NCBI GenBank assembly: GCA_002269645.1
Contig: NIVC01000510.1
Coordinates: 29,878 to 93,877, forward strand
Direction of reading: 5' to 3'
DNA: 64,000 bases
From: Macrostomum lignano
Lineage: Eukaryota
Positions 21,598-30,890 of the stretch are shown in pieces. The position numbers and the translations under genes are program-made. Position 1 is the stretch's first letter, and each line of letters opens with the position of its first letter. The notes beneath the pieces were generated by a model that was not told where the DNA came from, searched no databases, and saw nothing but the letters and a program-made list of their open reading frames with translations.

Positions 21598-21659
21598 AGG
21601 GGTGTACAGCGGCCCGACTTGCTAATCGTCAGGCATGTACACTCTCTGTGCCTTGGGGT
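21598..21659. other. Intronic hairpin element, copy 2
   Basis: AGGGGTGTACAGCGGCCCGAC-loop-GTCAGGCATGTACACTCTCT..GCCTTGGGGT. Confidence 0.6.
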
Positions 21660-21841
21660 GTAGGCTCTTATGGGTTGGATGTAAATCGTGCGACAACCGG
21701 TGGAGGGTCCCGGTTCAAGCCACGTGTTTGTTCAGGGTTTAATTAAGGGGGGTTGGGAGGAGTCCGGTTATAGAAGGACTAATAGAAGGACTTCAAATTC
21801 ATCGATTTTTAGTTAATACTTTTTCGAGAGAAAGTAGAGTG

Positions 21842-22013
21842 GCCGCGGAGCGACAGAAGAAGGAGAAGTAGGAGGAGGAGATAGTACCACCCTCAGACCC
21901 GTCCGCCGACGACTACGACGACGAGTTGGTCGGCTGGGACCCGCTCCCTCGCTCTCCGGGAGCTCGGGCGCACCTTTCGACCGTCACCCATCTTGCCTCG
22001 GTGACCGCCCACC
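21842..22013. CDS. DENND3: DENND3-like coding exon 2 (inside complemented block; true strand minus)
   Basis: Letters read 22013->21842 without complementing: tttacag|C CAC CCG CCA GTG GCT CCG TTC TAC...GAG GAA GAA GAC AGC GAG GCG CCG|gtgaga (HPPVAPFYPLPAF...EEEDSEAP). Phase 2 in, phase 0 out. Confidence 0.85.
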
Positions 22014-22218
22014 GACATTTAACTAATCTTTCTCTTTGTTAACGAAAGAAATTATCTGTTGGAGCAACTGTTATCCTGTTGACGTACATTCAATCTCCCG
22101 TCAACCTTTAAAACGCTTAAAGTTCACTACCGGCCAAAAGTAACATCAATACACAAAGCAGGCTCGATAACAACAAAGTTATAATTATTATTATTAACTA
22201 ATATGGATGTGTTTATCT

Positions 22219-22490
22219 GTCTACACGTTGGCTGTCGAGTCGGCGTCGATAACGCGCCGCGTAGACTTCCGACGCATGCCGACAAGTCAGGTTCCTGACC
22301 CCCAGCGGTGCGTGGGAGTTAATGGGCTCGATCACGACCGTGGGTAAAATGGCGACCCACTTGACTTCGTTACGTCTCAATTCACAGAACGAGGTCCTGT
22401 GTTTAACAAGACTCACCCAGCTCTTAGCTTGGGGCTGGAAAATCAGCACTCAGGCTGCGAGATTGGTGATCCGATGTTGGATGTTGGGGG
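22219..22490. mobile_element. SINE copy in complemented form
   Basis: The plain complement aligns by eye end to end with 11310-11582. Confidence 0.9.
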
Positions 22491-22584
22491 ACAAAAGTTC
22501 GATAACTGTTAATCCTTCAAGTCTTAATAATTTCGACTGCTAGTTATTAGATACCTTTTCGTGCGATTTCTGTGTTTATGATTG

Positions 22585-22775
22585 AACAACCCTTTTTGGC
22601 GGAATCTAAGCAACTGTCAACGATCCTTTGTTCCGAGCATCCGCTACGACCAGTCGTCGAACAAACCTGGCGACGGTCGCGGCGGCGGACCGGCTCCGGC
22701 CTCTGACGACGACAGTAGCCGCGGTTGATGCTGTTCATGAAGATTCTCTGCTAAGAAATCTATTTTCGGTCTGTA
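22585..22775. CDS. DENND3: DENND3-like coding exon 1 (inside complemented block; true strand minus)
   Basis: Letters read 22775->22585 without complementing: ATG TCT GGC TTT TAT CTA AAG AAT CGT CTC TTA GAA GTA CTT GTC GTA GTT GGC GCC GAT = MSGFYLKNRLLEVLVVVGAD...YEPCFLATVNESKAVFPN, ending AA|gttagt. This is a typical uDENN first strand. Confidence 0.85.
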
Positions 22776-23717
22776 ACGTTAATCATTATTGACGACGATA
22801 GTTACTTAAAGAAAATTGACGAAGACGTTTTCTCCCCCAACTTGAGATAAATAATCAAAACTCAATTTCAAAGTTTTTTACGTATAGTAACTTAATTTAC
22901 TTTAACTTTAATACGAAAAGAAGAAGAAGAAGAGTACACGTTATCAATATAACAGCCACTGATTCATTTTAACAAAGGATTGAACTGGTATCACTAAAGT
23001 TAATAGTACCATCGCATCGCAAATCATCTTTTGATTAACTATTAAATAGGTTAACCAACTTCTTTTTATCTCGACAATCCCATTTACACTATTCATCCGA
23101 CAGACATTTTTTATCTTATTTTATGACGTTAAAAATAACATTGAGGAAAGAGATTAGATTATCCTTGTATTAAATACATGGTGAGCATATAGTAAAATAC
23201 TTTAAATCCCACTGACTTTTAATACCGATAGATTTTTGACCGTCAAACTAGCTATTTGATCAATCTGACTAATTTGAACTCTATGTTGTTGTTTCTTTAA
23301 GTTTTATACAGTATAAACCACATACTCACGATCGTCTTATTTCATTTTTTATAATCACTAAATCTTTTTTTGGGTCTTTATTTGACAGACTTAAGAAACA
23401 TAGAGTGTAGGTATAAACATTGTCATAAACTTTGTTGTTAAGAGATGACTCAGTCATAACCGACTGTCATGGCGCGCACTACGATTAGGCGTCACGCCTA
23501 ATTCAGCTTTAAATTAACTGAATTTATTAATCTGTTTTTTAGATTTCGGTATGAGGATGGTTTACGTAAAAAATAATCAGCAATGTGCTCATGTAAATTG
23601 TAAAATTATTTTTTAATATAAATTTATTTATCTATTTATGTTATTTGCGTTTTTGTAGACGAAGTCGTTTCGAAAAATTTTTATCAGAAACAAAATGACA
23701 TTGACAATCTTTTCAAG

Positions 23718-23846
23718 ATATACGTTGTTGTTAAAGTTTTTTGCAAGAGGAAAAATGACTGAAAAGTATCTAGCTATCATCACACTCAAATAATCACAAA
23801 TTTCATAAAACATAGCGTCAACCTTGGACCTTCGTCGGATTTTTAC
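23718..23846. promoter_or_regulatory. Candidate eEF2 TATA/TOP promoter, short 5'UTR intron and ATG-only first coding exon (complemented block; true strand plus)
   Basis: The complement reads TATAT (23718), TTCTCCTTTTT (23745-23755), a gtgagt...tcgcag 37-nt intron (23783-23819), then exon TTGGAACCTGGAAGCAGCCTAAAAATG|gtaagc (ATG 23844-23846). Phase 0 matches ttttag|GTG AAC at 30891. Confidence 0.55.
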
Positions 23847-24562
23847 CATTCGAGGACAAAAAAGACGATGATAATCGATTTAATAAAACGTCATAACGAC
23901 ATAAAAATGACCATTACGTATTAAGACCGACAAAGCGGGGTTTGATTTGGTAAGGACGGTTCCTGTAGAAAGGAAAAATCTGGCAAAGCGGGTATTTATT
24001 ACAAATCTTTAAAAAAAACGTTAATCCAGATCATTAAAAGCAGATGAATTGATCCGGATACCGATACGTAGAAAATAAAGCTTCTAAACCATAGATTGAT
24101 TTCTTCTAAATCTTCATAGTTAGTTTCTAAATCACAGATTCCTTTCCTGGTAAAACTTTAAACGCGAACGTTGTTATTTCCTGGAAAAAACGTTGACAAC
24201 GCTGTTAAGTTCCTGAAAACGACAACGCGTGTCTAAGGTTTGTTACGGTTTAAATGTAACGTTTTTAGATAGTGTAGTTCAATTTAACGTAAATCTTTGA
24301 CGTGTAAAAGATTTAAAAGGTTTTTACAAGAAATCAATTTGTTTTTGAAAGATATTGTAGAAACTTATTAGTTTTTATAATTATCCATGATTGTTTAAAA
24401 TTTTGAAATATAAACCTTTTCATGATAATGATAACATTTATTTTTACCTTAAAAAATTTGAGAGTAACAACAATTACAATCCGGATGTTACACGTACATC
24501 AAAACATTTTCTTTTTAATATCATCACCCACACGGTTTTCAAAGAGTTCGAATTTTACCACG

Positions 24563-25284
24563 GGGGATAACCTTATTCAACTGTTTTACACCTACTGGTA
24601 GGCAGTGTAAAAACCTAAGAGGACCACAGCGTAACACGTTGTCACCATAGTTCACCACACAGTACAACGCGTTGTAACCTTTGGTCTACAGCAGTACGTA
24701 ACGTGTTACGTTGCGTTGTCACACCGTTGAACCACAGACCGTAGTACACAGCGCAACGCCGGATCTATACATCGGTTTTGGAGTATTTGACACAAAGTAA
24801 CATTATACAAATACAACAAAGAACCATAAATTTACAAAATTTGTACAAACTATTATTGATCAAGAACTTAACAAGAAAAAATAAAACTGCCATTTCATTG
24901 ATTATGAAGTTTATATTAAAAATCTTTACAATGAACAATCAATGTTACGTACGTGACAAAAGATTCACAACATGGAAACAACAAAATGACAAATAACAAA
25001 AATTTAAAGTAAAGAAAAAGACGTTTTAACTTTCCTTATGAAAACAGAGAGTGAGGTACCAGAACCACAACCCTCACTTACCGTTTTGTCTTTAACAGTT
25101 AACGTTGCACCGACGATACCACAGGAGGGGGAGGGGGACCAATAAGCCAACAGTCACAACGCAACGTGCAACGTAGCGGTGGGGGGATCAGTTGTTTTAA
25201 ACCACAGCGCAGTACGAAAACTTCCGTGTTAAAACCGTGGGTACAACGTACAGGCGTCCAAAAACTTTGAATAAGGTTATCCCC
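24563..25284. mobile_element. MITE-like element with an 18-bp perfect inverted repeat (within complemented block)
   Basis: GGGGATAACCTTATTCAA (24563-24580) versus TTGAATAAGGTTATCCCC (25267-25284); outer ends not resolved. Confidence 0.45.
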
Positions 25285-26344
25285 ACCACGGGGTTTCACC
25301 ATGGGATTATACGGTTTGAGAAGTTACCATACAACCTTTTAAGACCACATGTACATTGGAACTCACATCCATACGGTTTTCATCCGTACGTGTCAACCGC
25401 ACGTAGTGAGGACTCTTTAATCATACGTACGTGTGGACCGTATGTTGAATATCTTAGAACACTTTCTCAATCATTTTTTTCTTATTCACTTTTTTTATTT
25501 TTAGTAAAATTCATTTTTTATAATTCGAAAGATCAAAAAAGTTCGAACATAATTCCGTAAATTTGTTTATAAACGTATATAGTTAAAAAACGATATTTAT
25601 TATATCCCCTTTTTCGTTTTTTTAGTTGGTTTATTAATCGGTTTTCACAAGAAGTGCGTTGGGTTTTTTCCAGTAAATAACAACGTTAAGATCGTATTTA
25701 AATTCTCACACTCACATATGAGTTTTAAAAAACACACGTGGGCGGACCGACAGTATTAGACCAAAAGTAGGTTTCGTTGTAGGGCTTAAAGTAGACCATA
25801 CATTATGTTTACAGAGTAAATTTTTGGCCTACTCTCGGCCTACTTTTCAAATGTTTGGTCTACTTTTGTACGTATAAACTGGAAAGTAGACCCACAAGTT
25901 GGTTGTAATCAGGCCTTTAAGTAGGTCCTTCGATAGACCTTTCGACGTCTCTTGTCCCGCCTCGTTTAACACCTCGTTTAGACCTGCTTTACATACGTAC
26001 GGAGGTGGCCTACTCTTTGGCCTGTTTTAAGGTCTACTTACGGCCTAGTTTACATACGTGTGGAGGTGGTCTACTTTGACCTACTTTAAGGCCTACTTAC
26101 GGTCTAGTTTACATACGTGTACAGATGGCCTACTCTTTGACCTGTTTTAAGGTCTAGTTTACATACGTGTTCAGATGGCCTACCCTTTCGTCTATTGTAC
26201 AATTTCTTGATTCATTCCAACTGTTGTTCTGCTTTAGAAAACTTTTACATTCTCTTGTTTAACGACCTTTGTGGAGTTTCTTTCGTTCCATATAACGTGA
26301 ACGTGTCTCCCACCGGTTGGAAATTAAGTGAAACGATCTATCTC

Positions 26345-26750
26345 ATCACCTTCGACTTATATAACTTTGGCTTCTATGTACGCGTTATCAGCCGACTGGC
26401 TAAACCGCCGGTTGGTTACATTCAGTGTTTTTACGGGTGGGCTTATTTATGTTTTCATCATGATTCATCTACTGTTCCGTAAAAAGGAATTATTCTCTCA
26501 GTATCAATGAGAACGACAATTGGGTTTCAACGTAACCAAAAAAACATGGCTTATAACTTTGGCTTGTATGTACGCGTTATCAGCCGGCTGGCTAAACCGC
26601 CGGTTGGTTACATTCAGCGTTTTTACGGGTGGGTTTATTTATGTTTTCATCATGATTCATCTACTGTTCCGTAAAAAGAAATTATTCTGTCAGTATCAAT
26701 GAGAACGGCAATTGGGTTTCAACGCAACCAAAAAAATGTACATTCAGCGT
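26345..26750. repeat. 192-bp tandem duplication (within complemented block)
   Basis: Sequence near 26360 recurs 192 nt later; the ORF track shows twin ORFs at 26328 and 26520. Confidence 0.8.
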
Positions 26751-29700
26751 AAAAACCGGTTTTTTGGTACAGCGTAAAAACAATTTTGATTCAACGTGTC
26801 GGCTGGTTTAAAACCTTCAACGCGTACATACTTTGGTTTCTATTAACAATTTCAACGTACAGCGATTTTTACGTTTATGTGTTCTGTACGAACTCAGTTT
26901 TTATCTTACCGTTTTGGAGTATAACCCACCTGTTTAGTCCTCTTTACCTCTTACTCTACTGTGTGATAGAAAATCCGCCGATGTTTAATCATGATCCGTC
27001 TTTTTGATCTTTAAAGTGTCTTCTTTTTGAAGGTCGATGTGCTTCTTTATCCGCGTCTTTTTTTTGAGTGAATATTTTAACCCCTGTTGTCTTTTTTATC
27101 GCTGTATATGTAAAAAGGTATGATCCTCACTTTGTTTTACAGTTGTCTTTTGATCTTTACATCTGGGTTCCAACTATAATGGATAGACGTCTTGTCACTA
27201 ATAACATGTGCAATCATTACAATTCATTTCAATGACAAGATTTTATGGGTGGTACCACATATCTAACGTCCGTTATCCATGTAGCACGTATAAGTCGTAC
27301 AGAAACAAGGAAGTTGACTATTATATTATATGAGGGAAGAAAAAGTAATAACACAGAAACTAGACTAACGACCTGACTATTCTTTCTATGTGATATCTGT
27401 TGATTTGTATTAATCAATAACTTAGTGTTTCGTATTCGTTATTTGAAACCTTTTAAGGTAATTTGTATCCGGTTTCCGTTGTATCTGTTGTCACATAAAT
27501 TTAACTTTAATCCTATTGTATACCGTGTTTTAATGATGCCGAAAACGGTGTTTTACATACCGAAAATATGGTAGAAATCACTATGTCGAGATATTAAGTT
27601 ATGAATGTTCATGAAGTGTTAAATACAGTGAGTGTCACACTGGTCGTTGTTTTTACACTCTTTATTGGGTCGATCTTTCTTTTTTGTGTCATCGATGAAT
27701 TTACTTCTTTTTCACTTTTTGTAAGTGATATCGTTAAAACGGTTACGAATAAATAACAGACTTATCTTTAAGAACAAAATTAAGTAAGGTCGATTAAGTT
27801 CGTCGTGTAAAAGTAAAATTTAGTTATAGTAGTAGTTAGTATGTAACATCCCTATCTAACTCTGCCATAATGGGATAAACAGATCCGATCACCGGAAGGA
27901 ACGATAACGGTCAAGGAAAGGTGGGTTCATCTTTTATATTTTTGTGTTCTTTTTCGATTTAACCCGACAAATAAATTCAAATTGTGTCTTTTTTCTACTG
28001 AAGAATTTTTTGTGTTATTGTGTCGATAAAATTTTTTCGTGTCTTTTTGTGTTTATTGTGTCGTCACCAGTGTAACCAGTGAGTAATGTATAAAGAAATG
28101 GATTATTGTTGAGTTACGTCAGAACGTTTAATGAATGAGTATTTTTTAGGTTCAGGGGAAAGGCTTGAGTCATAAAGTAGACCTGAAGAAGGTAAAACAC
28201 GTAACCAGAAATAGACCGAAAACCACCCAGTTACCTGTCCTACATTTTGGCCTGTTTTAAGGCCTGGTTCTATACGAAAGAAGGTCAAAAGTAGACCAAA
28301 AGTTAGACCGACTAACAATCTCAAATTAGCTGTTCAGTTGCCTAGTTTTTGACCTACTTTTCTCAGTGTTTCTCTTGAGAAAGTAGGCCGAAATGAGGCC
28401 TAAAACCGGGTCAAAAACCAGGTCTTTGTTTTTGACCTAGTTTTGGCCTAGTTGTAGAAAAACCAGGCTTTTGTGGGGGGATTTTGCCCAATTTGGCCTG
28501 CTCCGGTCTACTTTTGGTCTAATGCTGTCGGTCCGCCCGTAAATATTAAGTTAAAAACAAGTCCATACGTGGAACGTACTAGATCTGATACAATATACTC
28601 AACTATTAAAAAATACACTATCCTCCGTTTCTTTCTTAAAAACATGTTTTAGGTTCTACGTAAGACATACATAACGTTTTTTGAACGTACGTATAAAAAC
28701 TATTTGAACACATATGTATAATCTGTTTGAACACGTGAACTCAGTAACGATTTTTGAACTTCATACTAAAGTAAAATTTTCCAACATATAATGTGAACAT
28801 GGTTACGACCCTAACCAACCCTGTTTAGTTTGAACCAGGTTACACGATAGAATTGTTAGAGATATACGGTTCGATATATGGTTTTTCCGTGTAATCCGGG
28901 AAAACATGTGGTTCAACATACGGTTACCACATGAGGTCCAGAAAACATACAACCTTAAAGACCGTATATATATTTGATAGATTTGAGACCGTGAACATTG
29001 TACATTTTGTCTAAAATAACGTACATTTTCGTTAACCGAAACCCGTTTTTATATAAAATAACAGTTTTACTGTTTGGTATTTTCCAGGAAATAACAATGT
29101 TGAAATTCTTCAGAAATTCATAACGTTATATTCTTTATAAACGTGTACAATTACATATTTGTAAGAAATTTTTTCATGTGTTAAAATTCAAGATTTAATC
29201 GGTACGTTTCTAAGATAGGATCTGGTTTTAATGAAATATCTTATATAAATATCTGTATTATTTTTAGTGTTCCGCAGTAGCCATAGCTACGGGATCCTAT
29301 GGCAATTACGGTAAAATAGGTGCCTACAGCAGCTACAGATACGCCTACAGTAGCTAGCTGCTCTTATGGCTACAAATACGGAAATATGGTAGTTGTTGTC
29401 AGATTCTGTAGATTGCCATAGCCATAGTTACTGTTTAAAAATTGAAAAAATATTAGAAACAGGTAGAATAAAACAAATATACTTTTAGTAAACTGTATTA
29501 TCAACTTTGAAACTTTTAAAATATACCTAATAAAGTACAAACAAACACTAGCAAATTCTATTTTTTTATGTGAAAAAGTTCAGCATTAGTACTTTCATTA
29601 ACAATTTAGTATTGTCGCTCTGAAAAATAGATAAAATATAATCTTACGAAGTCAATCAAGTGTTTCTTTTATTTTGTAACTTAATTTGCAGTTTTTTAAG

Positions 29701-30890
29701 CACTAGGTTATCTTATTGATTCAAAATATTTTGTTTTCTAGACTTTTTGTTAAAACTATGGCTATGGGAACTATTGGAATATGGTAATATTGGGGTCCCT
29801 ATGGCTATGGAATATGGAGAATTGGAATAAGCCATAGTTTTGCTTATGGCTACAGCTATGGTACATGGACCCTCCTTACAGCAAAACACTAACTATTTTG
29901 TTAAGATTATGTTTTGTATAGATCTACAATTGTCAAAATATTAATAGGTGTATATATAGTTTAGGTGATTATTTTTGGAAAATATTCAAACTATCATATT
30001 GTTTTTGTATAAGATCATTTTGAATTTGTTGCAGAATATTTAGACAAACATATAGGATCCTCATAAGATGCCTATCAAGGAAAGTGTAGAAATATTCATC
30101 AAATTTTAAGACACAAATATTAAACAAAGATAGCAAATCTAGTAAGTAAACTAATGAAATTAAATGAAAGAACACTGCCACATTTTTGCAGCCAATGTAT
30201 AAACTATACCAGATACCTTTTTCCCACACTAGTGCACTAGATTGCACATAGTATTAAGGGCAATCCATATCAGATGCTATCCACAATAATGGCAAAACTA
30301 AAACTGGAAATAAAGCATATGCAATAAAAGATTAAAAGCTAGTCAACTAGTCAATTGCACCATTTGACATAAAAACTAGTTTTTTATTGCTATATTGTTA
30401 TTAAAATTAATAAACTGGAATAATGCATAGTAGCATATTCACTAAATTATATAGAACACCTTAACTTGGTCACATAAAATATGCAGCATGATTCCATTTA
30501 AAAATGCTACATCTTACACTTGTTTAATTTAAAAGCAAAGCCCCAGACTACTACATAAAGATTAAAGAAAGAATTAAAATAAGAAACTGCTTCTAGGTAT
30601 TCAGGAAAATTTCATTTAGAAGCATGCAACCCCCTAATTTACACTGGATGTGCAACTTACTTTTTGACTTTTTTGATGTTTGTTAAAAATGTTTGTAATG
30701 AAATTCTTTATTTATGCTGTTTCATAAATCTCATTAATGATGATAATTTTGAATCTTGCCCTAAAAACCATGTGGGCTTTCAGCTACTAGATGGACTGAC
30801 AAAATTATGATAACTCTATGATTTTGCACCGCTTTAAATTATGGTTCTTGGTAATTAACATGGCCCCATCACTTTACTAAAATATTTTAG

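Larger units (their letters stand above)
21670..29265. other. Block written as the complement (not reverse-complement) of genomic sequence
   Basis: The plain complement of 22219-22259 is identical over 41 nt to the SINE at 11310-11350. DENND3 exons are readable only right-to-left without complementing. ACGT is frequent where the flanks show TGCA. Boundaries are approximate (left 21660-21720, right about 29260-29275). Confidence 0.93.

Noticed and set aside
22213-28324. Short ORFs listed inside the complemented block
   Set aside because: They are translations of non-biological strands, with no recognisable motifs.
21670-29265. Ordinary chromosomal inversion, or a foreign (viral/bacterial) insert, as the explanation of the odd block
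   Set aside because: An inversion would leave the SINE and exons readable on the reverse-complement strand. They are readable only as the plain complement or plain reverse, and they are host sequences.
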